DNA of 64,000 bases, taken from Gammaproteobacteria bacterium. GTDB lineage: Bacteria > Pseudomonadota > Gammaproteobacteria > Eutrophobiales > Eutrophobiaceae. Below are positions 1 through 9,419 of this stretch, in pieces (position 1 is the stretch's first letter; every line of letters begins with the position of its first letter). The position numbers and the translations under genes were made by a program. Location of the stretch: assembly GCA_965215365.1 (NCBI GenBank), contig CBDCDS010000003.1:1824001-1888000 (forward strand), given 5' to 3'. A model generated the notes under the pieces. The model was given only the letters and a program-made list of their open reading frames with translations, ran no database searches and had not been told where the DNA came from.

Positions 1-1
1 G

Positions 2-248
2 GGAAGCCTCATTGAAGTGTTTGCTGGTCTCGGCTATCAGCAATGCCAAGACAGCAGTCTTGAAAGCGGCTACGAAAAGGTCGCGCTGTATGAAGCACAG
101 GAAACATGCAGCATTACAGACCCCCACTGGACGCTGGCGCAGCAAGATGGGAGTAGGTCCGCTCATTGAACACTTCAGCCCGGAGTCGCTCTCCGGTGGG
201 GTGTACGGCAAGCCGACCATCTACATGCTCAGGTCTATAAATTCCTGA
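2..248 (+). pseudogene. 3' part of a conserved hypothetical protein (DUF7689-like), frameshifted near 100
   Basis: Frame 2 reads ...LGYQQCQDSSLESGYEKVALYEAQ and frame 3 continues HAALQTPTGRWRSKMG..IEH..L.GGVYG. The two halves look like one protein family. The 5' end lies outside the window. Confidence 0.4.
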
Positions 249-1371
249 CCACCACCAGTAATAACACGCAGGCCAGGATGGCGGCGCTGACGGAGGCCAG
301 GCCCAGGCCGGTGTAGTCGTACCACTCGATCAGGGTGCCGGCAAACGCCGGACCGACGGCAAAACCCAGCAAGTAGGCAGAGCCGGCTGCTGCGGCCCAG
401 CGGCCCTGTGGGTCCAGCGCTGCGGCCAGGCCGAACAGGTAGGGGACGGAGAAATAGAAGAACAATACAGACAGTACCAGCACCACCACGAACACGACGG
501 GATGGGTGTTGGTACATAACACCAGTGCGATGATGGAAAAGGCCGCCAGGAATACCGAGATGGGCAGTGCCCGGCCCTGGCGTACATTCAGCCAGGTGGC
601 CAAACCGGCACCGGCAAAACCCACCACCGCGCCGGCAGTCAGCGCATAACCGACCTGGCTGGTTGACAGCCCGGCGCGTTCGCCTAACGGCGCGGTGAAT
701 GTATAGATGGCGGCGGATGCGGTCAGATAAATAAATATCCCCGCCAGGGTAGCCAGCCCCAGCCACGGCGCGGCTGCGGGTTGGTCGGTTTTCATTGCTG
801 TTGTCACCGCCTGACCCCCGCTCGGCAGCCAGCGGAAGCATACCATTAGCATCAGGGTCAGGCCGGCGATCATGCCGTATATACCCCGGTGGGCATACAG
901 GTCGGTCAGGTAGCCGCCGAGGCTGAACAGAATGCTGCTCAGCACCGCCCAGGTGACCTGGATATAGCCGTATAGCTTATCGGGGTTGGCGGAGCGTGCC
1001 GCCACCGCCGCCAGAGATGCGGCGTACACCAGCCCGGCGCCGGCACCGGCAATACCTCTCATTGCCACCAGCAGGGCGAGTTCGGTGGTTACAATCGAGA
1101 GCAGCTGGGCAACTACCGCGGTGGCCGTAGCAATCAGGCACAAGCGGCGGCATGACAGTTTCGGCAAAAACGGAGCGATAACGATGGCGGTGAGCGCCAG
1201 CACGATAAACTCCGCAAACGCCACGAAACCGGCCTGTTGCTCCGTCAGTTCCAGACCGATGATGACGCCGCCCACGACCAGCGGCGACATTTGCGTGACC
1301 AACCCGCCCGCTAACTGGGCGGCGATAACGGCAAGGACAAACTTCAGCGGGTCAACCACGCGCGCCAGCAT
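235..1371 (-). CDS. MFS transporter
   Basis: 378 aa with about 12 hydrophobic segments and an MFS-like RGIAGAGAG motif. Confidence 0.85.
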   Translation of the reverse strand: MLARVVDPLKFVLAVIAAQLAGGLVTQMSPLVVGGVIIGLELTEQQAGFVAFAEFIVLALTAIVIAPFLPKLSCRRLCLIATATAVVAQLLSIVTTELALLVAMRGIAGAGAGLVYAASLAAVAARSANPDKLYGYIQVTWAVLSSILFSLGGYLTDLYAHRGIYGMIAGLTLMLMVCFRWLPSGGQAVTTAMKTDQPAAAPWLGLATLAGIFIYLTASAAIYTFTAPLGERAGLSTSQVGYALTAGAVVGFAGAGLATWLNVRQGRALPISVFLAAFSIIALVLCTNTHPVVFVVVLVLSVLFFYFSVPYLFGLAAALDPQGRWAAAAGSAYLLGFAVGPAFAGTLIEWYDYTGLGLASVSAAILACVLLLVVVRNL

Positions 1372-2451
1372 AGGGTGTCAACATCTACCAACTATACACG
1401 ATCTCCCCACCCAGCATGCGCGGCGTATTGGGCACCAGGGTGTGCCAGCCGGAGTTCCTGAAGTCGAAGGTCTGGATGCGATAGGCGGTGTTGGACAGGT
1501 TTTTGCCCCAGAACGCGAGTTCCAGGCTGTCGTCCGCGGAAAACCAGGACACGCGCGCGCCTGCCAGCCAGTGGCTCTTGGCGCGCACATCGCTGCGGTT
1601 TTCTATGGTGTGGAACACCTCGTCGGTCCAGCTCCAGTTGAAAGAGGCGGCGATCTTGCCGCCCATCAGGGCCGGCGTCGGCCATTCGTAGCGCGCCAGA
1701 CCGGTGAACTGCCATTCCGGCGAATACACATTGCTGTTGCCGGTCAGGTCTTCCCCGGTGATGGGGCGTCCGAAGGTACCGAATTGTGTATCTAGGTGGC
1801 TCAGTCCGAACAGCAGCTCCATGCGCTCCAGCGGACTGAGCAGGAATTCCAATTCGCCGCCGTAATAATCAGCCTGGGGCGCGTTGCCGATCACGAATAT
1901 CGGGCCGAACGCGCCCTGGGTCTGGTCGAACACCTGCAAGTCCTCGTAGTCATAGTAGAACGCCGCGGCGTTGAGCCGCGCGCGTCCATCCCACCAGGTG
2001 GACTTGAAGCCACCTTCCACCGCCAGTAGTGTTTCGTCTTCATAGATGTTGAATTCCAGCGGATCTGCAAAACCGACGTTGATGCCGCCACTTTTGTAAC
2101 AGGTGCCGACGCTGGCATACACCAGCCAGTCGTCGTTGGGGGTATAGTCAATGTTCACCTTCCAGAATACATCCTCATAGGTCCGGGCGCCGCTGCTACC
2201 CGGGTCAAATGGCACCTGGGGGATGGGCGGCACGAAATCATTCGGATCAGGGTGGGTGCTGCGATGCCTCAGATCAATCTCATCCCGGGTGTAACGCAAC
2301 CCGACGCTGACCTTCCACCGTTCAGTAAACTGGTAGCCGGCATTGGCGAACACCGCCAGGGATTCCTGATTCTGGTCGAACCACTGAAACGTGGAGCCAA
2401 AAGTTCGGAACTGGTATTCGTTGTACGAATCCAGCTTATCTTTGGCAGTAA

Positions 2452-3969
2452 CTACTCGCCCCCCTTACCCTGATCTCTTGTTCTGATCTGGTTTTTCTTA
2501 ACCGTTTTATTTTTGAGCGGTTTTTCCACCATGGTGGCGGCGTCTCCCTTGAGTGCTATCTCGATGGCGGCGAGGGGATTGTAGCCCTTCAGGGTCATAG
2601 ACTGCAAGTAGCTGGAGATGCGGCAGTAGGTGTCGGCGTAGGCGGTGGTTCGGAAGCAGCCGGAGACTTTTTGTTTGACTTTAGCCATACGGATATCGCG
2701 TTCGGCGCGGTTGTTGGTGAACGGCACGTTGGGGTCGCGGGCGAAGCGGAGGACTTCGGTTTCGTACTTGACGAGGGCATCATGGAGGTTTTGTGCCTCA
2801 CATTGGGCAATCCGTCCGCGTTGGCCGGTGAGCCGTTTCGGGGGTGTGGGGAGTTCCCGTTTGGCTTGTGTCAGGATAGTCCGGTAGCGGGTGCGCAGGG
2901 ACTGGTAGTCGGTCTCGCTGAGTGCCTTGTTTTTATGTGTGCGCACCTGTCGGCAGGTCTTGAGCAGGAGGCGGCTCATACGTTGGGCCCAGGCATGGCC
3001 GTGGGCGTCCTCGATAAAGGCCAAGTTACGCAACAGGTGACTGCCGCACAGGGCATGCTCGCAGTTGTCATAGGCGAAGTAGCTGGCCCAGCGGTCGTGC
3101 ACGAGAACACCGCCGTAGCGGGGGACGATGCCGATGTCCTTGAGGGCGTCCCCGCCCCGCTTGCGGTGGCAGTGTTTCAGTACCAGGTTCCCGGCACTGG
3201 TGCTGTGCAGCCAGTGTTGTGTGCGGTCGATGCGCAAGGAGGTCTCATCGGCGTGCAGCACGGGCTCTGTGAGCAGGCGGGCGATAGCCGCCCGCTCCCA
3301 CCCGGCCAGGGCCTCATGCACCCGCGTGAGCCAGGCCAGTAAGGTCGCCTCGGCGACGGCGCGCCCGGTCAGTGCATGAAGTGTCTGCGCCGTACGTTTG
3401 AGCGAGAGCATTTGGGCCGTTAACAGGTGCGTGGCGAAAGCCACGATGCCAGGGCCGTATTGTAAAGGCCCCGGCATGTCATCGGGAAACGCCCCGTGGG
3501 TCTCAGTGCCACAGCGCGGACAGGTTTTTATCTCGGCGTCAATGGTCAACTCGGTCGTCTCGAAGACTATATCGACCTTGACTCGTCGCACATGGCCGGT
3601 GGGGGCGGTGCCTTTGAGATCATGCCCGCAGGCCCGGCAGCCGGTCACGGGCACCGTGCGGGTCTGAGCCACCACGCGCCGGGACGCGCTGGGCACCGTC
3701 CCGGTCTGCGGCCCCTTGCCCTGCTTGCCGGGCCGTGTGCGCGCACTGTCATCGGGGTCGGTGCGGGAACTGGGCAGGCTGGAGTTGTGCGCCCCCTTCG
3801 GTGTGGTCTTCTCTAAGAACACCGCCAGCAGCAACTCGAATAGCAGCAACATCGACTCGAACAGCGCACGCCCTTCGGGACTCAGCGCGCCGTCGGCGCA
3901 CAACGCCTTAAAACGCATTCGGATGGCCTCGAACTCCGCACGCAATGAGGCCTTGTTCACCGTGGCCAT
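2452..3969 (-). CDS. IS66-family DDE transposase (TnpC-like, single-ORF ISBst12-type organisation)
   Basis: NSSLPSS motif, Zn-finger CRACG...CPRCG, LHADET, HALCGSHLLR and FTNNRAERDIR. The stop codon lies inside the TIR. Confidence 0.93.
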   Translation of the reverse strand: MATVNKASLRAEFEAIRMRFKALCADGALSPEGRALFESMLLLFELLLAVFLEKTTPKGAHNSSLPSSRTDPDDSARTRPGKQGKGPQTGTVPSASRRVVAQTRTVPVTGCRACGHDLKGTAPTGHVRRVKVDIVFETTELTIDAEIKTCPRCGTETHGAFPDDMPGPLQYGPGIVAFATHLLTAQMLSLKRTAQTLHALTGRAVAEATLLAWLTRVHEALAGWERAAIARLLTEPVLHADETSLRIDRTQHWLHSTSAGNLVLKHCHRKRGGDALKDIGIVPRYGGVLVHDRWASYFAYDNCEHALCGSHLLRNLAFIEDAHGHAWAQRMSRLLLKTCRQVRTHKNKALSETDYQSLRTRYRTILTQAKRELPTPPKRLTGQRGRIAQCEAQNLHDALVKYETEVLRFARDPNVPFTNNRAERDIRMAKVKQKVSGCFRTTAYADTYCRISSYLQSMTLKGYNPLAAIEIALKGDAATMVEKPLKNKTVKKNQIRTRDQGKGGE

Positions 3970-4637
3970 GTGCACTGTGCCTCCACCGCCATCATCGCCG
4001 CCAGCACCGCCAGCCGCTCGGCCGGGGGCAAGTCACGATAACGCCGCCCCCAGTTCTCAGCCTTGCGCTTGACCTGCTGGCGGTGCGTGAAGTTGCGCCC
4101 CGCATAGCGCACCCAGTGCACCCGGTCCGGCACAAAATTGAACCAGACCCGCTCGGTCACCACCCCGCCCTGATTCATCACCTGCAAGGACACACTGCGC
4201 CAGCCCGCCAGCACCTCATCATACAAGGCCGAAGGATACCCCGACACCATCACCGCACAGGGCAGCCCCTGCAGTAACGCCAGCAGCGCCTCATGGTCTG
4301 AGTCCTCGTAGTCATACCGGTAACGGTGCCGTGACTTGCGCGTGCTGTGCAGGTAGGGCGGGTCGCTGTACACCAACTCCGTGCCGTCAAACGGAAAAGT
4401 CGCCAACCAGCGGTGACAACACCCCTGCACCAACTCCACCGGATACCCACACGTAAACCCCGCCAACGCCCGCACATCAAGATCAATCCCAATGTTGCGC
4501 AACGCCGCCGGCTTGCGCTGCATAATCGCCCCGCCGCCTAAGTGTGTCTCAATGTACACACTGTGCGGCGGCATCATCGCAATGAGCGGCTGGCACAGAC
4601 CCGTCGTGGCTTTCGACCCTCGGTACGCATTCCCCAT
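3957..4637 (-). CDS. DNA adenine methyltransferase (Dam/D12-like), IS passenger
   Basis: YRGSK (motif X), ETHLGGGA (motif I), DPPY (motif IV) and VMVSGY. It overlaps the transposase start. Confidence 0.85.
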   Translation of the reverse strand: MGNAYRGSKATTGLCQPLIAMMPPHSVYIETHLGGGAIMQRKPAALRNIGIDLDVRALAGFTCGYPVELVQGCCHRWLATFPFDGTELVYSDPPYLHSTRKSRHRYRYDYEDSDHEALLALLQGLPCAVMVSGYPSALYDEVLAGWRSVSLQVMNQGGVVTERVWFNFVPDRVHWVRYAGRNFTHRQQVKRKAENWGRRYRDLPPAERLAVLAAMMAVEAQCTWPR

Positions 4638-4644
4638 GACGACC

Positions 4645-4673
4645 AACATAACGCCATGACGCTATGTTGTCAA
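4645..4673 (-). promoter_or_regulatory. Putative sigma70 promoter of the IS MTase-transposase unit
   Basis: TTGACA-17 bp-TATGTT. The predicted +1 falls at the ATG at 4637 (leaderless). It is overlapped by the inverted repeat TTGTCAAGG-ACG-CCTTGACAA. Confidence 0.5.
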
Positions 4674-6065
4674 GGACGCCTTGACAAAAAATTCAGTAGA
4701 ATTAGAGGGAGGGGGCGAGTAGTTACCTTTGGCATAATAAAAGCCCAGCAGCCAGTCAGTCGGGCCGCCCGTGTTCGACGCGGCGCGCAACTCCTGTGAC
4801 CAGCCGTCGGTCTCGTGGCGATAAAAATTGTGCGTGAGCAGGTACGGAGAACCGTCTTCCTCACCAGGCAGGTAGCGTTGGAACTTGTTATAGGCGCTGA
4901 TGGAGGTGATAGTGAAATTCTCCAGATCCCACTCCAAACGCAAGGTCGTGCCGATGGTTTCATAATCTGCTTCGGCTTGCAAGTCGAAATCGCCGGCGGT
5001 GGGGTCGCCGCGTTCTTCCACGCCGTCCGGGTCGCGGTAGCCGAAGAAATTGACGCAGTCATCTCGTAAGGTTGCATCACACAGCTCGAAGGTTTCGGCA
5101 AAGGTTACGGGGTCAAACTCGTAAGTGCCCGGCACTGCCACGCCGGCATGCTGATAGCTGTAGGCATCGGAATGATCCTGGGAACCGTTCACCGACCAGA
5201 GTATCTGCACATTGTCCTGCGGCGTCCATTCCAGCAGGCCGCGCCAGGAATAAAAATCTACTGCATTGAAGTTATCGCCGCCAACCGTGCCCGGCAGGTC
5301 CGTCCTGCCCTTCATCCAGCCACCGCCGTGGCTGTAGGTGCCGGCGATGCGCCCGGCCAGGGTGTCGGTGAGGGGGCCGGACACGGCGCCTTCTAACTGT
5401 ACCGCGTCATAGCTGCCGTAACCGGCCTTGGTATAGCCGGAAAACTCCTGCGTGGGCTTGGCGGTGATGTAATTGATGGCGCCGCCGGTGGCGTTGCGGC
5501 CGTGCAAGGTGCCCTGGGGGCCGCGCAATACCTCAATCCGTTCTAGGTCGAAGGTTTGCATGGTGTGCATGAACGTATTGTGCAGATAGACCTCATCCAC
5601 ATAGACACCCACCGTGGTTTGCGTGTTGGCGGCAAAATCGACTGCGCCCGACCCGCGTATGAATGATTTGGCCTGCTGGTTGCCGGAGGGCGGTGCGATC
5701 ACCACGCCGGGCACGTATTGTCCCAAGTCGTTACTGCTGGTTAGCCCGACATCGCGCAGCACCTCCCTGGAAAATGCCGATACTGACAAGCTCACGTCCT
5801 GCAGGCTTTCTTCTCGTTTGCGCGCGATCACAATCACTTCTTCGAGCAGATCGGCCGCTACCGGTGCCGGTGCCAGCAACGCGGCTACGAGCAGTAACAA
5901 AATGGTGCTGGAATGCATAGTACGAAATTTGAAGTTGGGCATGGGGCCTCCTCTACTAATAGTTGCGCTACCGGAGTAACGCTGCCGGATGTTCCCATGA
6001 TCGACGAAAACGAACAATGAGTAAATCTATCCAGGTAACCAACCTGTATCTTAAATTCACTTTTC

Positions 6066-6164
6066 GTAACTACTCGCTCCCCGTTTGTCATTCCCGCTCC
6101 CCTCATCTTCACTCATTGCGTCCCCCCCTGGAAGCAATGAGTGAAGATGAGGGGGAGTAGTTAC
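6066..6164. mobile_element. 99-bp MITE with IS66-type ends
   Basis: Ends GTAACTACTC...GAGTAGTTAC match the IS66 TIR. Flanks CACTTTTC/CACCTTTC give a 7/8 TSD. Internal ~20-bp stem. Confidence 0.85.
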
Positions 6165-6186
6165 CACCTTTCTTCTACGGCGGCCG

Positions 6187-7176
6187 CTAACAGGTTCCAT
6201 ACCTCAAGCCCAGTTCCTTTAACCAGTGCCGGTAGGCATTGGACGATTTGTCGGCCGGTTGATGCAGTTCGGCGGTGGGGTTCAGAGGCAGGCATTGGGG
6301 GCGTTGGGATTCCAGCACCGCCTGGTCCTGCAGGAAGATGGTGTCCTGAAAATCCCGGAAACAGGCCTCCGGTTCATCGTGGCCGTAGTTCATGGCCAGC
6401 ACGAACCAGGCACGGATGCGGGTTTCTGCCAGCGGTTGAATAGACAGCAGAATCAGGTCGGACGGCTGCTCGCCGACTGCGCCGGGTTCCTTGGTCAGCA
6501 TCACGGTCAACGGCCGCAGCACCCGGTAGGAATAAGCCACCTTGACGCCGCTGGCGCTGCTGGCGTTGGCGCGGGGTTGCCAGGCGCTGACATTGGTGAC
6601 CCGAATCTCGTTGTCCACCAGCGCCACGTCGTAGTCATCCATTTCCGTGTAAGGTTCCTCGCCCAGGTAGCCGCTATGGACAAAGGGAAAATGAGACAGA
6701 TCAAGGAAGTTTTCCACCGCGCGCGGGCCACTGGTGGCCACGTCATAAGGGCCGGTAATCACCAGGTGGTAATCCTCGTCCACACCGTGAAACTCAGGCA
6801 CCTCAGCGACGGGGTTGCCAAGACAGACCCAGACCAGACCGTATTTTTCCCGTATCCGCAAGGTGGTTGCCCGGGCCCGCCCGGAAACGGGTTGTTGCGG
6901 GTGCGCCGGCATCAGGGTGCATTGCCCGGTGCTATTGAAATGCCAGCCGTGATAGGGACAAACCAGGGTGTCGCCGCCCCTGATCTCGCCCAGTGACAGC
7001 TTGCTGCCGCGATGCGGGCAACGGTCCAGCCAGGCGTGCAGCTGGCCGTTACTGCGCCACAGCAGCAGGTCGCGCTCTAGCAGCTGTGTGGCGATCTTGC
7101 CACCTTCGGGTATCTCATTGACCTTGGCTGCTACGTGCCAGTCGTTCAGCATGATGGGGTCATCGGTCATTGTCAT
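6187..7176 (-). CDS. Rieske non-heme iron oxygenase alpha subunit (VanA/NdmA-like)
   Basis: Rieske motif CPHRG...CPYHGW and mononuclear Fe motif ENFLDLSHFPFVH. Confidence 0.9.
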   Translation of the reverse strand: MTMTDDPIMLNDWHVAAKVNEIPEGGKIATQLLERDLLLWRSNGQLHAWLDRCPHRGSKLSLGEIRGGDTLVCPYHGWHFNSTGQCTLMPAHPQQPVSGRARATTLRIREKYGLVWVCLGNPVAEVPEFHGVDEDYHLVITGPYDVATSGPRAVENFLDLSHFPFVHSGYLGEEPYTEMDDYDVALVDNEIRVTNVSAWQPRANASSASGVKVAYSYRVLRPLTVMLTKEPGAVGEQPSDLILLSIQPLAETRIRAWFVLAMNYGHDEPEACFRDFQDTIFLQDQAVLESQRPQCLPLNPTAELHQPADKSSNAYRHWLKELGLRYGTC

Positions 7177-8240
7177 TATGTTCCTGTTGCGGGCGCACCT
7201 AGGTTGAATTTCTCCGCCAGCGCCTTGCGGTATGCCAGCGACATACGGTCGGCGGGGATATTGATTTCTTCGCGCAAGTCCAGGGGCAGTTCCTGCGGGT
7301 ATTGCGATTCCACCAGCGGTTGGTCTTCGGCGTTGATGGCGACAGTTTCCTGCACCTGCTCTGCGGGGTTGGGGTTGCCGAAGTTATCGGCAATGATCTG
7401 AAAGATGCCGCTCTCTTGCGCGGAAATCGGACATGCCGTGTCCAGGATCACCTGGATATAATCGGATTCCTGCACCGCCACTTCCAGCAGGGTGGAGAAC
7501 GGAAACGTCAGTTCGTAGCTGTACACGACCTGCCGTTGCTGCAAGTCGTCCCTGCCGTCGGGAAAGCGATTCAGCAGTTCCAGATAAGGGATGTGGAAAC
7601 TCAGGCCGTAATCGGTGTGCTGCACTTGGTAGCGCGGATAAGCCGCGTCCGGACCGCCGCCAAACGTGGCACCGTGCACCCAGGGGAAGTGCGCCACGTC
7701 ATTGAAGTTTTCCACGTGGCGTGCGGCGGCTACCTGCCAGGTGCCCGGCGGCACATAGTTGGGTTGATATACAGGGTCTTCCAGGTGGCGCCAGTAGGGC
7801 AGCGGCCAGACCGGTTCATCCTTGAGACACACCCAGACAATGCCGTAACGCTCCTCGCTGCGGTAGGTGTGCAGGCGCAGCTTATCCGGTATCACCGCCG
7901 TGGGGTCGGCGATGGAGGGTATCTTGCGACAAACCCCGTTGCCGTCATAATGCAGGCCGTGCATGGGACAGATAAGCAGGTCATCCTGCACGCAACCGAG
8001 GCTTATTTTTACGCCCCGGTGCGGGCACTGGTCGCGGGCCACGGTGATGCCGGCGGCGGTGCGGTAGAGCGCCAGGTTCACATCCAGCAACTTTGCCGCG
8101 ACCGGTTTGTCCGTCAGTTCATGGACAAAAGCGACCGGATGCCAGAATGCAGCTAGAATGTGCCAGTCACTTTCCCGGAAGCTGCAACCGGGAGGCAGTT
8201 CGGTATCTGTGACAGTCGATTGATTGGTAGTCCGAAACAT
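7176..8240 (-). CDS. Rieske non-heme iron oxygenase alpha subunit (VanA/NdmA-like)
   Basis: CPHRG...CPMHG and ENFNDVAHFPWVH. TAATG overlap with the downstream paralog. Confidence 0.9.
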   Translation of the reverse strand: MFRTTNQSTVTDTELPPGCSFRESDWHILAAFWHPVAFVHELTDKPVAAKLLDVNLALYRTAAGITVARDQCPHRGVKISLGCVQDDLLICPMHGLHYDGNGVCRKIPSIADPTAVIPDKLRLHTYRSEERYGIVWVCLKDEPVWPLPYWRHLEDPVYQPNYVPPGTWQVAAARHVENFNDVAHFPWVHGATFGGGPDAAYPRYQVQHTDYGLSFHIPYLELLNRFPDGRDDLQQRQVVYSYELTFPFSTLLEVAVQESDYIQVILDTACPISAQESGIFQIIADNFGNPNPAEQVQETVAINAEDQPLVESQYPQELPLDLREEINIPADRMSLAYRKALAEKFNLGAPATGT

Positions 8241-8356
8241 CAGTGATCAAGGTTATACTGTGTGCACGGTTAATATAGCATACGTGGTTTGGCAGATCGC
8301 TTGTCGCCGATAGATGCGTGGTATACCGACGCGCACTTTATGATGAGGATAACAAC

Positions 8357-9199
8357 GTGAAAATAACAACATTACTCATTGCCCTCCTGATGTCGACCGC
8401 CGTCGGTGCGCAGGAGCGGCTCAAGCTGGCGACTACCACCAGCACCGAAAACTCCGGGCTGCTCAAAATGCTGCACCCGCCATTTGCCGCGCGCTATAAC
8501 GTCAGGGTGGATGTCATTGCCGTAGGCACCGGCAAGGCGCTGCGGCTGGGTGAGAACGGCGATGTGGATGTGTTACTGGTGCATGCGCCGGCCGCCGAGC
8601 AAGCGTTTGTGGCGCAGGGACATGGGCGCGCGCGCCTGCCGGTGATGCACAACGATTTCGTACTGCTGGGGCCGCCGGACGACCCCGCTGGCGTCAAATC
8701 TGCCGGGACTGTTACCGCAGCCATGCAGCGAATCGCCGCCGGCCGCCGCGCTTCCGTCTCAGGTGCCAGGCCAGGTTCCAGGTCAGGCTTCATATCGGGC
8801 TTCATATCAAGGGGCGATGATTCCGGCACCCACAAGAAGGAGTTGGCGTTGTGGCAGGCCGCCGGGCTGGAGCCGGGCGGTGAATGGTACCTGTCGGTGG
8901 GGCAGGGCATGGGCGCAGTAATAAAAATCGCCGATGACAAACAAGCCTACACCCTGTCGGATCGCGGCACCTACCTGGCCTTCCGCGACAAAATCAGCCT
9001 AGAGATCGTCCATGCCGGCGCCGAAGTCCTGTTCAACCCCTACCACGTCATCCTGCTGAACGAAGCAAGACACCCACACATCCGGGCCGACCTGGCGCAA
9101 CGCTACGCCGACTTCATTCGCGGTGCCGAAGGTCAGCAACTCATCGCCGACTTCAAAATAGCTGGCGAGCAGTTATTTTATCCGGCTGTTGCGCAGTAG
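8357..9199 (+). CDS. tupA: Tungstate ABC transporter substrate-binding protein (TupA-like)
   Basis: Signal peptide, LATTTSTENSGLL, VGTGKAL, FISRGDDSGTH and AYTLSDRGTY. Confidence 0.85.
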   Translation: MKITTLLIALLMSTAVGAQERLKLATTTSTENSGLLKMLHPPFAARYNVRVDVIAVGTGKALRLGENGDVDVLLVHAPAAEQAFVAQGHGRARLPVMHNDFVLLGPPDDPAGVKSAGTVTAAMQRIAAGRRASVSGARPGSRSGFISGFISRGDDSGTHKKELALWQAAGLEPGGEWYLSVGQGMGAVIKIADDKQAYTLSDRGTYLAFRDKISLEIVHAGAEVLFNPYHVILLNEARHPHIRADLAQRYADFIRGAEGQQLIADFKIAGEQLFYPAVAQ

Positions 9200-9237
9200 G
9201 TCGTGCGGGTCCAGGTAATTCTTCCGGTTGATTTCTA

Positions 9238-9264
9238 GGGCACCTCTGATTAATAGAGGTGACC
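9238..9264. repeat. Short inverted-repeat element, GGGCACCTCT/AGAGGTNNCC family
   Basis: GGGCACCTCT-gattaat-AGAGGTGACC. Related copies lie at 26048, 30814, 31893, 34804, 35666, 39166, 45204 and 54811. Confidence 0.7.
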
Positions 9265-9419
9265 ATATGTAAAAGACCGGGATATGTCATTGTATATTGA
9301 TGATCTGTGAGCGCATACGGGTAACAGTTTGAAAATGCAGGGAAGACACACAACGATGTGGAACAGGTTATCAGGGATGTGAGGAAGCGCTCTTGACAAA
9401 GGTAGTTGAATCCGGGGCG

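Larger units (their letters stand above)
2448..4726 (-). mobile_element. IS66-family insertion sequence (2279 bp) with a DNA methyltransferase passenger
   Basis: Perfect 16-bp terminal inverted repeats GTAACTACTCGCCCCC. 8-bp direct repeat CTTTGGCA at 2440-2447 and 4727-4734. GTAA ends and an 8-bp TSD are IS66 hallmarks. Confidence 0.95.
1385..5942 (-). pseudogene. TonB-dependent receptor interrupted by an IS66-family element (N-part 4727-5942, C-part 1385-2439)
   Basis: The N-part has a signal peptide, EEVIVIARKREESLQDVS and the plug motif RIEVLRGPQGTLHGRNATGGAIN. The C-part is a beta-barrel ending YSW. Removing the IS and one target copy gives an in-frame ...YYAK-DKLDSYNEYQ... ORF of 756 aa. 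RBS GAGGAGG precedes the ATG at 5942. Confidence 0.93.
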
